Part shown: positions 1 through 9,471 of the stretch, one piece after another | Layout: every line of letters starts with the position of its first letter | Numbering within the stretch: position 1 is the first letter of the stretch | Position numbers and translations under genes: made by a program | The notes under the pieces: generated by a model | The model's input: the letters and a program-made list of their open reading frames with translations, nothing else | The model's database searches: none | Told to the model about the DNA's origin: nothing | Origin: Eubacteriales bacterium | GTDB lineage: Bacteria > Bacillota > Clostridia > Oscillospirales > CAG-272 | Assembly (NCBI GenBank): GCA_045633925.1 | Contig: JAZQZG010000033.1 | Span: forward strand, 3,032 to 67,031 | Length of the DNA: 64,000 nt | Reading direction: 5' to 3'

Positions 1-3000
1 CCCGACTCTTGGGCAGCGTTCTATCCTGCGGCAATTGAGGCTGCTGAGGCGGCTTACAAGGCTGTAACTAACCAGGTTGAGGTTAATGAGGCTATTGCAG
101 CTCTTCAGGCAGCTATCGGTGCACTTGAGGTGTCTCCTCTATCCGATAAGGCGGCTCTTAACGCAGCAATCACTGCAGCTAAGGCTCTCAATCCTGAGGA
201 TTATGCAGCAACCTCTCAGGCAAAGCTCGCTGCTGCTATCGCCGCAGCTGAGGCAGCTGCAGCTGAAGAGATCAACGTAAACGTTGAGAACGCAGCTGTT
301 GCAGCTCTTAACGCAGTTGTTGCAGGTCTTATCGATAAGGATTTCACCGCTACTGCTTACTACAACGTAAACTGGAAGGCTCTCGTTGACAATGGGACAA
401 TGAGAGCACAGTGGTGCTACCAGAGAAACTCCAGCAATAACAACTTCGAGTCTAAGTATAAGGTTGACGCTACTGAGACCGACCTTAAGTTGACTCGTAT
501 CGGCAACGGTGAGAACCGTATGTACTACTCCGACCTTATGGTTGAGCTCAACGAGAATACCTATTTTGTATATGACTTTGAGGTAAATACTCACGCTTAT
601 CTTGACGGTGGTGTAGTATTTGCTTGGGCGGCAGATCCCAACGCATACGTTCAGAGCAGCCGTCCTATTAAGGATGATACCAATGATATCTACCCCGGCG
701 TTCCTAAGGCAGCTTACTCTATCCAGGGTAACCTTTCTACCGGTTCTAGATTGGCAGTTCATTTCGGTGGTCCTTACAGAGATAATGGTCTTGGATATGT
801 TAAGTTTGACACCATGAACACTCCCACTGTAGAGGGAATTAAGCTTGATGATGATGGATACGCTAAGTACAGCATCGTTTACAATGGTCTTAACGTAGAA
901 GTATTTGCTTTGACTGAGACTGGTGCTTACGTAGAGATCTTTGCAGACAAGGAAATAAAGCTTGCTGAGGGATCCAAGATTGCATTTGGTGTAACCACTT
1001 GGACTCCTGACTATGCAGATATCAGAAATTGCGTACTTACTGCTATGAATGATGCTGCAAATGAATCCATTGAAAAGATGGATATTAACTATGCTATTAC
1101 TTTGACCACAAAGTATAAGGCTGCTAACTACACCGTTGATAGCTATGCTGCTTTGGAGACTTCTGTTGCAAATGCAAAGGCAGCAACCGATCCTGCAACT
1201 TATGATGCATTGATCGAGTCTCTTGACGCAGCTAGACTTGGACTTAAGAAGGCTGCAAACAAGACCGCTCTTAAGGCTGCTATCGATGCTGCAAAGGCAC
1301 AGATTGGTGACAAGACTGCGGATGCTTTCACTGCTGCAACTTGGGCAAAATTCGATGCAGCTCTCACGGCTGCAGAAACAGTATACGCAAATGATTTTCT
1401 TGCCGAAGGTGATCAGAATCTCGTTGACGATGCAACCGCAGCTCTTAAGGCTGCAACCGAGCGTCTTACCGATGCAGGCAAGGCTAACTTGGTAGATTTC
1501 AATGCAGCTATCAAGGCTTATGAGGCTCTTGTTGAGACCGACTATACTCCTGCTTCTTGGGCTGTTGCAATGGCAAATAAGGATCTTTATTATTCAGCAA
1601 AGCTTCTTGAGAACAAGGGGCTTACCGAGGCTGATCAGGCTGATATTGATGCAGCTACTGAGGCTTTGAACGCAGTTCTTAATGCACTCGTTAAGCGCGC
1701 AGATTTCTCCAAGCTCCAGTCTCTCGTTAACAGAGCAAATGCTCTTGACAAGAACCTTTACAAGGAAGCTACTTGGGCAATCGATGCTCCTCTCGCAGCT
1801 GCTAAAACGATTCTTGCTAACCTTAACACAGAACAGGCTGACGTTGACGAAGCTTACGCGGCTCTTAAGGCAGCATACGAGGCGCTTGAGACCATCAGAA
1901 CCAACGTGTTGCTTATCACCGTTCCTGATGATTACGCAATTATCGATACTGAAAAGTTTCCTCCTGCAACCGCTACTTACTATAACAAGATTACCGATAT
2001 GAGCTACCATGGTTTGGGCAACGTATTCTACTATGATTACCACAAGGTAATTGCAAACAAGAACTTTACTGCAGGCGTAGCATTCCCTGAGTCTATGGAA
2101 CAGATGAACTTGCAGGGAAGCTCTGATTACGTATTGCGTATTGGACGTAACAGTGGTAGTGCTACTAACAGAGGTGTAGACGGAATTAAGGTTAAGGATC
2201 ATAATGGTGAATTTAACCACGCATCTCGTGCAGTTGTATTCGGCGACAAGATCTACAACCACGTATTCGGATACAGCTTCAGAATCGCTCCTACATTTGA
2301 TTCTTTCGCAATTTATCTCCCTGTAGATACTCCTATTGCTTCTATCGACGTTTACGGTGCAAATCGTGAGATCAAGGCTGACGGTACCGTTCTCTACGGT
2401 AAGGCTGACTCCGCAGATATCGCTGATGTAAGCACGGCTGACAGAACAATCAAAGATGAAAGCGCAACTACCGCTAAGAAGGTTTACCTTGGAACCGTTG
2501 ATATTCCCGAAGCTGAAGCCGGTGCAGAGAACATTTTTGCAGAGGGCAAGCTTATGGCATACGAGGCAGAGTACATTTACTTCGCTGTTACTTTCAAGGC
2601 TGGAACCTCTGATAATACATACGTTCGCATCTATGAGGTTGAGCTCTACGGCTTCAACGCGGGTGAGGAGAACTTGAAGGCTGACTTCTCTGAACTCAAC
2701 GCATTGATGGCACATGTTGTCAAACTTAAGCAAACAGAATATAAAGTATTGTCCTGGCAGGGACTTACAGATGCAATTGCTGAACACGAAGCAACTATCA
2801 TGTCTGTATTTTCTACCCAGGAAGCTGTAGATGCAGCCGTAGATGCAATTGAGGCTGCTGTTGAGGCTTTGGAGTACGGTGAGGCAGATCTTACCGAATT
2901 GGAAGCGGCGCTTAATCAGGCTGAGGCGTTTGTGGATAAGTACGCTGAGTATACCCCGAACACCTATAATCCTTTGGCAGAGGCTGTGGCTCACGGCAAG

Positions 3001-4332
3001 ATGCTTGTTGCAAGTGTAAACGTTTCACAGTCCGACGTTGATGCTACTGCGCAGGCTATTATAAATGCAATATCTGCCCTTACCAAGAAAGCAGATAAAA
3101 CCGAGCTTGCTGAAATAATTGAAAAAGCTCTCACCTATGACGAGTCGGAATGGCAGGGTAATGCAATTGCTTGGGCAATGTTTGAGAAAGCTCGTAACAA
3201 TGCACAGATTATGTATGCTGATGAAAATGCCGTTCAATTAGAAGTTGATGATATGGTATCGTCCGTTAACTACAAAATAGAACAGCTCAAAGCAACACCC
3301 GGTGTAACTCCCGGCAACTCACTCGAGGCAATCATTGAGGCAAGGGAAAATCTTGCAAGTTTGATATCCGATGCAAAAACCTACGTTAAGTCGGAATGGG
3401 AGGGCAATTTAATTGCTTGGGCTATGTTTGAAAATGCTCTTTCGGAAGCAGAACTGATTTATGAGGATGAAAGCGCAACTGCGTCAGAGCTTAACGGAAT
3501 GAGTCAATCTCTTAGCGATAAGATGTCGAAGCTTGTACGTACTCCTAATACCTCTAATTTGGATAAATCCGAGCTTGTGGCGCTTGTAAACAAGGTAAAA
3601 TCCGAGCTTGTGGAAAGTGATTATACTCCCGAGAGCTGGACGGTTCTTTCTGCCGCTATTCGTGTGGCAGAGATGGTTATCAATTATGATGACGTAACCG
3701 AAGAGGACATTGAATTTGCTATAGAAGATATTGAGGATGCAGTGGATGCGCTCAAGGTGATTCTTCCCGATACGGCAGCTCTTGATAAGATTATCGCTGA
3801 TGCTAAGGCTATTGTTGCCGAGAATTATAATGCTTTGACATATAAACTCCTCATGTCCGCTGTTGCTGAGGGAGAGGAGCTTATCAAGGAACTTAAGAAT
3901 AGTATTAAGCATACTCAGGAAGAGGTAGATAGTATTGTTAAGGAAATCAAGAATAGAATGGATTCTTTGGTTCCAATTCCCGGCGAAACCGATACTGAAA
4001 CTGAGACAGAAACCGAGATCGAAACTGAGACCGAGACCGGTATAGAAAGTGATACAAATACTGAGTCTGAGATTGAAACAGAGACAGAAACCGAGACAGA
4101 AACTGATATAGAAACAGAGACGGAAACAGAAACGGAAACAGAAACCGAATCCGAGACCGAGGCAAAAACCGAGACAAAGCCTAACAAGGAGAGTGATTCT
4201 GAGGAAGAAGAGGATGACGTTCTTGGTGGACTTGATTTTGATTCTTGCGGATCGAGCATCGCACTTTCTTCGCTTGCAACCGTTGCGGTAATTGGCGCAG
4301 CGCTCACCTTGAAGAAGAAAAAAGAAGACTAA
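1..4332 (+). CDS. Very large secreted/cell-surface repeat protein, 5' end cut by the window edge (1443 codons visible). Contains a LamG/ConA-like domain, arrays of helical FIVAR/GA-like repeats, an F5/8 type C (discoidin)-like domain, a Thr/Glu-rich spacer and a C-terminal TM anchor.
   Basis: Frame 1 is open from nt 1; nt 1-129 encode another ...SWAAFYPAAIEAAEAAYK... repeat, so the GTG at 130 in the ORF track is not the start. The motif Y(T/K)xxSW...A recurs. ...VRIYEVELYG is a typical discoidin-domain end. The tail reads DSCGSS-IALSSLATVAVIGAALTL-KKKKED. Confidence 0.85.
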   Translation, partial: PDSWAAFYPAAIEAAEAAYKAVTNQVEVNEAIAALQAAIGALEVSPLSDKAALNAAITAAKALNPEDYAATSQAKLAAAIAAAEAAAAEEINVNVENAAVAALNAVVAGLIDKDFTATAYYNVNWKALVDNGTMRAQWCYQRNSSNNNFESKYKVDATETDLKLTRIGNGENRMYYSDLMVELNENTYFVYDFEVNTHAYLDGGVVFAWAADPNAYVQSSRPIKDDTNDIYPGVPKAAYSIQGNLSTGSRLAVHFGGPYRDNGLGYVKFDTMNTPTVEGIKLDDDGYAKYSIVYNGLNVEVFALTETGAYVEIFADKEIKLAEGSKIAFGVTTWTPDYADIRNCVLTAMNDAANESIEKMDINYAITLTTKYKAANYTVDSYAALETSVANAKAATDPATYDALIESLDAARLGLKKAANKTALKAAIDAAKAQIGDKTADAFTAATWAKFDAALTAAETVYANDFLAEGDQNLVDDATAALKAATERLTDAGKANLVDFNAAIKAYEALVETDYTPASWAVAMANKDLYYSAKLLENKGLTEADQADIDAATEALNAVLNALVKRADFSKLQSLVNRANALDKNLYKEATWAIDAPLAAAKTILANLNTEQADVDEAYAALKAAYEALETIRTNVLLITVPDDYAIIDTEKFPPATATYYNKITDMSYHGLGNVFYYDYHKVIANKNFTAGVAFPESMEQMNLQGSSDYVLRIGRNSGSATNRGVDGIKVKDHNGEFNHASRAVVFGDKIYNHVFGYSFRIAPTFDSFAIYLPVDTPIASIDVYGANREIKADGTVLYGKADSADIADVSTADRTIKDESATTAKKVYLGTVDIPEAEAGAENIFAEGKLMAYEAEYIYFAVTFKAGTSDNTYVRIYEVELYGFNAGEENLKADFSELNALMAHVVKLKQTEYKVLSWQGLTDAIAEHEATIMSVFSTQEAVDAAVDAIEAAVEALEYGEADLTELEAALNQAEAFVDKYAEYTPNTYNPLAEAVAHGKMLVASVNVSQSDVDATAQAIINAISALTKKADKTELAEIIEKALTYDESEWQGNAIAWAMFEKARNNAQIMYADENAVQLEVDDMVSSVNYKIEQLKATPGVTPGNSLEAIIEARENLASLISDAKTYVKSEWEGNLIAWAMFENALSEAELIYEDESATASELNGMSQSLSDKMSKLVRTPNTSNLDKSELVALVNKVKSELVESDYTPESWTVLSAAIRVAEMVINYDDVTEEDIEFAIEDIEDAVDALKVILPDTAALDKIIADAKAIVAENYNALTYKLLMSAVAEGEELIKELKNSIKHTQEEVDSIVKEIKNRMDSLVPIPGETDTETETETEIETETETGIESDTNTESEIETETETETETDIETETETETETETESETEAKTETKPNKESDSEEEEDDVLGGLDFDSCGSSIALSSLATVAVIGAALTLKKKKED
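3985..4176 (+). repeat. Coding hexanucleotide-type (GAR-ACN)n repeat encoding a (Glu-Thr)n acidic spacer
   Basis: Protein reads ETDTETETETEIETETETGIESDTNTESEIETETETETETDIETETETETETETESETEAKTET. Synonymous codons are mixed (gaa/gag; aca/acc/act/acg). Confidence 0.9.
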
Positions 4333-4345
4333 TTTAACAAATTAA

Positions 4346-4384
4346 AAATAAAAGGCTTTCGCATTTTTGCGAAAGCCTTTTTAT
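4346..4384. terminator. Bidirectional intrinsic terminator between the surface-protein gene and the convergent FkbM gene
   Basis: Stem aaaggctttcgca / tgcgaaagccttt (13 bp) with loop tttt, flanked by an A-run and a T-run. Confidence 0.8.
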
Positions 4385-4392
4385 CATAAAAA

Positions 4393-5481
4393 CTATATTT
4401 TGCAGATAAGCTCAAGATCCCAAGCGGGAACGTATGGGTATCTGCGCAGGTAGAGCTTGTAGTCGCTGTGTATTTTGTTTATCTGCAGGGGAATCTCAAA
4501 AATATCCTCGCTTCGATGATAAACGGATATATCAAGCGCAGGCGAGTAGGTTGTGATCGTGTTTACAGACCCTTCAATCGCTTGCTTTTCTGATCCCTCA
4601 ACGTCGTATTTTATGTAATCTATCGAAGCACCGCCAAGAACGTTGTCAAGCGAATCGGCAACTATCTCTACGGTTTTTGTGTTGGTGGTGGGGGCAAATG
4701 CTCCGGAGTTTCTGTTTGAGCCGCTGTTGAAAAGAAGCGTTTCAGATTTTGACCAAGCCGCAATATTTAAAGGGTAGAGCTTAGCGGCGCCGTCATAGCC
4801 CTCACAAAAGGACACGAGCTTTTTGTAGGTTCTCGCATCGGGCTCGAAAGCATAGGCGTATTCGAGATTTGGCGCAAGTGAGAGCATCTCGGAGAGCGTA
4901 TCGCCTCTGTAAGCGCCAAGATCTGCAAAGGAGCGAAAACTCTTTGCTTGCAAAAGCTCAAAGGTGTCGGCTCTGTTACATTCGGCATCAAAAAGATAAT
5001 CTATTTTTCCCGTGAGCTTGTAGAGGAGCACGTTGTCAAATATTTTTCTTGAGAGCTCGTCGGCAAGAAGCGCGCGAGCCTTGTTTATCTTATCTTTGTT
5101 TTCGTTTAAAAAATCGAGAGTGAATATATTATCGCCGCAGACGGGAACGTCGGGAGCGTAGACCTCGCATTCCTCGTTTACTTTCTTGAAGAGCGAGAGT
5201 ACGTCGGGCAGAGAAGAGCCAAAGGAGATAAGAACTATAATGTTATCTTTGCCGTATTTTTCCTTTACCTCTGAATAGGACAATACTCTTTTTCCGTGGA
5301 ATTGATGTCCTCTGACAAATCCGTCGCTTGCAAAAAAGTCCCGGACGGTAATATTAAATTTTTCACATACTGCAAGAATTTTATCTGCACCGTTGCCCAT
5401 TCCGTACATTACGATTGTTTTGTTTGTACTAGAAAGATAGCTCCAAAGATCGGAAGAGGGGGCTTTTTTGAAAAAATCCAT
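4393..5481 (-). CDS. FkbM-family SAM-dependent methyltransferase
   Basis: Motifs ...FADLGAYRGDT..., YAFEPDARTYKKL and IDYIKYDVEGSEKQAIEGS. Start moved to ATG 5481 (MDFFKK...), which has a GGAG 4 nt upstream; the ORF-track N-terminal extension has no RBS. Confidence 0.75.
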   Translation of the reverse strand: MDFFKKAPSSDLWSYLSSTNKTIVMYGMGNGADKILAVCEKFNITVRDFFASDGFVRGHQFHGKRVLSYSEVKEKYGKDNIIVLISFGSSLPDVLSLFKKVNEECEVYAPDVPVCGDNIFTLDFLNENKDKINKARALLADELSRKIFDNVLLYKLTGKIDYLFDAECNRADTFELLQAKSFRSFADLGAYRGDTLSEMLSLAPNLEYAYAFEPDARTYKKLVSFCEGYDGAAKLYPLNIAAWSKSETLLFNSGSNRNSGAFAPTTNTKTVEIVADSLDNVLGGASIDYIKYDVEGSEKQAIEGSVNTITTYSPALDISVYHRSEDIFEIPLQINKIHSDYKLYLRRYPYVPAWDLELICKI

Positions 5482-5563
5482 ATAAACTCCTTGACGGAAA
5501 AATTTTCCTATGGTATAATTACTATGTATTTTTATTTTAACACAAAAGCGAGGTAAAATCAAG

Positions 5564-5902
5564 ATGGATTGTTTATTTTGCGCGATTCTGAAGGGAGAGA
5601 TTCCGTCCAAGAAGGCGTATGAGGACGATATGTGCTACGCATTCTATGACATATCTCCCCAGGCGGCAGTGCATATTCTCGTTATACCTAAGGTGCATAT
5701 CGCATCGGCAGACGAGATCAATGCTGAGAACAGCAAATACGTTTCTCATATTTTCGAGCGCATCCCGAATATTGCAAAGGAAGCAGGGATTAAGAACGGT
5801 TACAGAGTAATAACTAATTGTGGCAGTGACGCATGTCAGTCAGTAAAACATCTTCATTTTCATGTGATAGGCGGAGAGCAGTTATCAGATAGGATGGTGT
5901 GA
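5564..5902 (+). CDS. HIT-family (histidine triad, Hint-like) nucleotide hydrolase
   Basis: C-terminal HLHFHVIGG histidine triad; 112 aa; MDCLFCAI... N-terminus is typical of Hint. Confidence 0.85.
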   Translation: MDCLFCAILKGEIPSKKAYEDDMCYAFYDISPQAAVHILVIPKVHIASADEINAENSKYVSHIFERIPNIAKEAGIKNGYRVITNCGSDACQSVKHLHFHVIGGEQLSDRMV

Positions 5903-5903
5903 G

Positions 5904-7847
5904 ATGGCACGCGGAGATAGATCCCCTTTGCTTGGGGACAAGAGAAGCAAGGTTGCGCCACCTAAGAATTTGAAGGATCTTCCAAGATATTTAAAGGAAA
6001 CTATCGGCGCATTTTTCAGCAGACTTTTCTATATATTCCGCATGGTTTGGGAAACGGGACATTGGATACTTATAGCGATGCTTCTCGTTGCCGTGTTCTC
6101 GGGAGTTTTCCCAGCTATCATTTCTGTTGTATCAAAGGATATTCTCAATGAGCTTCAGTTTGCGCTTGACGGTGAATCCGCAGTTGTTATCTGGGGTTCG
6201 TCGATATTCTATCTCATCGTATTCCTCTTTGTATTCAAAATACTTGAGGACATCGTAAGCAGAGTAAAGAGCTTCGTTACCCGAATTGCAGGAGAGAAGG
6301 TCGTACGCTACGTAAGACTTGAGATAATGAATAAGGCAAAGGAGATTGATATTGCATCCTTTGACCGTCCTGAGTTCTATGAGAAGCTTGAGAATGCTAA
6401 CAGAGAAGCAGGGCACAGACCGATACAGGTTCTCTCCGAGACGTTTGATATAATGAGTACCATTATAAAGCTCATAAGCTATATGGCAATTATTTTGGCA
6501 GCACCCGATATGTGGTGGATGGCTCTCATTATGATGGCGATTTCGATTCCGAATACGATAATCAATTTCAGATACAGACGCAAGACCGTTAATTATATGT
6601 GGAGACGCTCCAAGGAGCGCCGTCAGATGAATTATTACACCGAGTTGATGGTAAACAAGGATATGGCAAAGGAAGTCAGAATGTTTGGACTTTCCGATGT
6701 GTTTATCGATAAATATTCATCTGTATTTAACGTATACTATAAGGGACTCAGACGTCTTATCTGCAGTGAATATGCATGGCATATATTCCTTGCCATCATT
6801 CACTCTGCGGCAACTTGTGTGTTTTACATACTCATTGCGCAAAAGGTTCTCACGGGCGAGTTTGGTATAGGTGACTATTCGCTCTACACAGCGGCGCTCA
6901 CATCTGTATCGGCAACTGTTGGAAGCCTTATTACGCTGTCGGCTCATATCTATGAGGGTACGCTCTTTATAGATAACCTCATTTCCTTTGTAAAGGAAAA
7001 GCAGACAGTCGTTCCCACAAGCGAAAATCCTGCGCATATAGAATACGGCAAGCCGCATACTATAGAGTTTGAGAACGTATCCTTTGCTTATCCCGGTTCC
7101 GATCATAACGTTCTTAAGAATATAAATCTTAAGTTCCGTCCGGGTGAGACCGTGGTTCTCGTTGGACTTAACGGAGCAGGAAAGACCACGTTTATAAAGC
7201 TTTTGACAAGACTTTATGACCCCACCGAGGGACGAATCCTTCTTGACGGAAGAGATATTAAGGAATACGATACCACAGAGCTTTACAAGACGTTTGGAAT
7301 TATATTCCAAGATTTTGGAAAGTATGCAGCAAGCATTGCGGAGAATATCAGTTACGGTAACGTAAGAGATGAGATGGACTTGGAAAAGGTTTATGAATCT
7401 GCGCATCAGGCAAACGCCGAGGCGTTTATAAATAAGCTTTCGCAGGGATATGATACTCCTCTTATGAGATATTTTGAGAGCACCGGTACAGAGCTCTCTA
7501 TCGGACAGTGGCAAAAGCTTGCAATCGCGCGTGCGTTCTATAGTGATGCAGATATTCTTATTCTTGATGAGCCTACGGCATCTCTCGATCCTATGGCAGA
7601 GCAGGAGATATTCAATCAGTTTGATGCGCTCCGTCAGGAAAAGACAACGATATTCGTATCACACCGTCTCTCAAGCGCTACGATCGCATCCAAGATAGTC
7701 GTTCTTGAATACGGCGAGCTCGTTGAGGAAGGAACTCATAAGGAGCTTATGGCTAAGGGCGGAAAGTATTACGAGCTCTTCTCGACTCAGGCAAACAGAT
7801 ATATAGACAGTATGGCAGAGCAGGCTGAGACATCTGAAAACGATTGA
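5904..7847 (+). CDS. ABC exporter, fused permease/ATPase (type I exporter fold)
   Basis: Six predicted N-terminal TM helices. Walker A GLNGAGKTT, signature LSIGQWQKLAIARA, Walker B ILILDEPTASLD. The start lies 1 nt after the HIT stop. Confidence 0.85.
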   Translation: MARGDRSPLLGDKRSKVAPPKNLKDLPRYLKETIGAFFSRLFYIFRMVWETGHWILIAMLLVAVFSGVFPAIISVVSKDILNELQFALDGESAVVIWGSSIFYLIVFLFVFKILEDIVSRVKSFVTRIAGEKVVRYVRLEIMNKAKEIDIASFDRPEFYEKLENANREAGHRPIQVLSETFDIMSTIIKLISYMAIILAAPDMWWMALIMMAISIPNTIINFRYRRKTVNYMWRRSKERRQMNYYTELMVNKDMAKEVRMFGLSDVFIDKYSSVFNVYYKGLRRLICSEYAWHIFLAIIHSAATCVFYILIAQKVLTGEFGIGDYSLYTAALTSVSATVGSLITLSAHIYEGTLFIDNLISFVKEKQTVVPTSENPAHIEYGKPHTIEFENVSFAYPGSDHNVLKNINLKFRPGETVVLVGLNGAGKTTFIKLLTRLYDPTEGRILLDGRDIKEYDTTELYKTFGIIFQDFGKYAASIAENISYGNVRDEMDLEKVYESAHQANAEAFINKLSQGYDTPLMRYFESTGTELSIGQWQKLAIARAFYSDADILILDEPTASLDPMAEQEIFNQFDALRQEKTTIFVSHRLSSATIASKIVVLEYGELVEEGTHKELMAKGGKYYELFSTQANRYIDSMAEQAETSEND

Positions 7848-7915
7848 TAGCCTAAAGCTTCTGTCCAAAACAAATTAAACACAGTAAAAAAATTATAAAA
7901 AAGGGTATTATAACA

Positions 7916-9232
7916 ATGAACATCAAAGTAGTAAAATTCGGCGGAAGCTCTCTTGCCGATGCAGAACATTTTAAGCAGGTAGCAAGTATTATTAAGGCAG
8001 ATCCCGCACGCCGTTACGTAGTAGCGTCGGCTCCCGGTAAGCGTTGCAAGGAGGATATAAAGGTAACCGACCTTTTCTATGAGTGCTATGAGCTTTCTCG
8101 CACTCAGCAGAACATCGATGAGGTATATGCAAAGATCGTTGACAGATATAACGCTATTATCGAGGGACTCGGACTTGATTTTGATATCAGCGGTGAGTTT
8201 GAGTACGTAAAGAGCGCGCTTCAGCACAGATCGGGAAGAGACTTTGCGGCAAGCCGCGGAGAGTATCTCAATTCGATCATTCTTGCAAAGTATTTGAAGT
8301 ATGATTTTGTTGATGCAGAGAACGTAATCTTCTTTAAGGATAACGGAACCCTTGACGTAGAGAAGACCAACGAGGCTATGAGAGCCGAGCTTCTTCAGCA
8401 TAAGAACGCAGTTGTTCCCGGATTCTACGGCGTAATGCCTAACGGAACTATCAAGACATTCTCTCGCGGAGGCTCTGATATAACAGGATCTATCGTTGCT
8501 CGTGCGGTTGATGCTGATATTTACGAGAACTGGACCGACGTTTCGGGATGTCTTATGGCAGACCCCAGAATCGTTGACGATCCTTGTCCCATTAAGCGTG
8601 TTTCCTACCGTGAGCTTCGTGAGCTTTCCTACATGGGCGCAAGCGTGCTTCACGAGGATGCTATATTCCCCGTAAAGATGGCAAATATTCCGATAAACAT
8701 TCGTAACACCAACCGTCCTCAGGATGCAGGAACGATGATCGTTGCCGAGAACAATGAGTTTGATTCCGAGAAGATCATCACCGGTATCGCAGGACGTAAG
8801 GGCTTCTCGGTTATCACTATCGAGAAGGATATGATGAATTCCGAGATAGGCTACGGCAGACGTGTTCTTGAGGTTCTTGAGAATAACGAGATATCCTTTG
8901 AGCATCTTCCTTCGGGAATCGATAATATGAGCGTGGTTGTTGAGAGTAAGGCTCTTGATGGAAGACGTGATAAGATTTTGTCGGCACTCAACCGTGCGGT
9001 AAAGGCCGATAGCGTTACTATCGAGGACGGCCTTGCACTCGTTGCAACGGTTGGACACGGAATGGTAAAATACAAGGGCACCGCTGCTCGCGTGTTTAAT
9101 GCTATATCCAATGCAGGCATAAACATTAAGATGATAGATCAGGGCTCAAGTGAGTTTTCTATTATCGTAGGCGTTGAGGAGCATGATTTCGATGCAACGC
9201 TCCGTGCTATTTACAGTGAGTTTGTAAAGTAA
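7916..9232 (+). CDS. lysC: Aspartate kinase (monofunctional, with C-terminal ACT domains)
   Basis: N-terminus VVKFGGSSLADAE, central SRGGSDITGS and ENWTDVSG motifs; 438 aa. Confidence 0.85.
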   Translation: MNIKVVKFGGSSLADAEHFKQVASIIKADPARRYVVASAPGKRCKEDIKVTDLFYECYELSRTQQNIDEVYAKIVDRYNAIIEGLGLDFDISGEFEYVKSALQHRSGRDFAASRGEYLNSIILAKYLKYDFVDAENVIFFKDNGTLDVEKTNEAMRAELLQHKNAVVPGFYGVMPNGTIKTFSRGGSDITGSIVARAVDADIYENWTDVSGCLMADPRIVDDPCPIKRVSYRELRELSYMGASVLHEDAIFPVKMANIPINIRNTNRPQDAGTMIVAENNEFDSEKIITGIAGRKGFSVITIEKDMMNSEIGYGRRVLEVLENNEISFEHLPSGIDNMSVVVESKALDGRRDKILSALNRAVKADSVTIEDGLALVATVGHGMVKYKGTAARVFNAISNAGINIKMIDQGSSEFSIIVGVEEHDFDATLRAIYSEFVK

Positions 9233-9243
9233 GAATAGATATA

Positions 9244-9300
9244 AGAATGAGTGAGAGAGGTCTCTTTGAGAGAAAATTTCCCACTCATTCTCTTTTTTTA
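9244..9300 (+). terminator. Intrinsic terminator after lysC
   Basis: 10-bp stem agaatgagtg (9244-9253) / cactcattct (9283-9292), followed by cttttttt. Confidence 0.7.
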
Positions 9301-9471
9301 ATTCGATTTTTGTAGCAAAGGGCGAGAATTTTATCGACTTTTTTGCTTTTTTTGCAAAATAAAAATAATTTTTTAAAAAAATTGCAAGAAAAAAAGTAAA
9401 TCGACTTTTTTTTGCGTATATTAACTATGTGGATTTTCGCCAAATGATGAATAAGGAGGGAATATTGGGTT

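Noticed and set aside
1594-2994. 466-aa minus-strand ORF inside the surface-protein gene. The same applies to 7787-9058 opposite lysC, 12260-13384 opposite rpoD and 6717-7514 opposite the ABC exporter.
   Set aside because: These have the same explanation. The sense genes carry strong family motifs, and the antisense products are Cys/Ser/Val/Leu-rich with no RBS.
3985-4176. Short-period repeat array considered as a CRISPR array or non-coding microsatellite
   Set aside because: The period is 6 nt with no spacers, and it lies in frame inside a long ORF encoding ETETET. It is not a CRISPR array.
3915-4307. Minus-strand ORFs encoding (SV)n or (FLS)n peptides (3915-4307 and 3947-4177)
   Set aside because: They are the reverse complement of the (GAR-ACN)n Glu-Thr coding repeat, so they are an artefact of repeat symmetry.
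7848-7915. Expected L-box upstream of lysC
   Set aside because: The gap is only 68 nt and contains none of the L-box core motifs. lysC appears to be co-transcribed with the upstream HIT and ABC genes.
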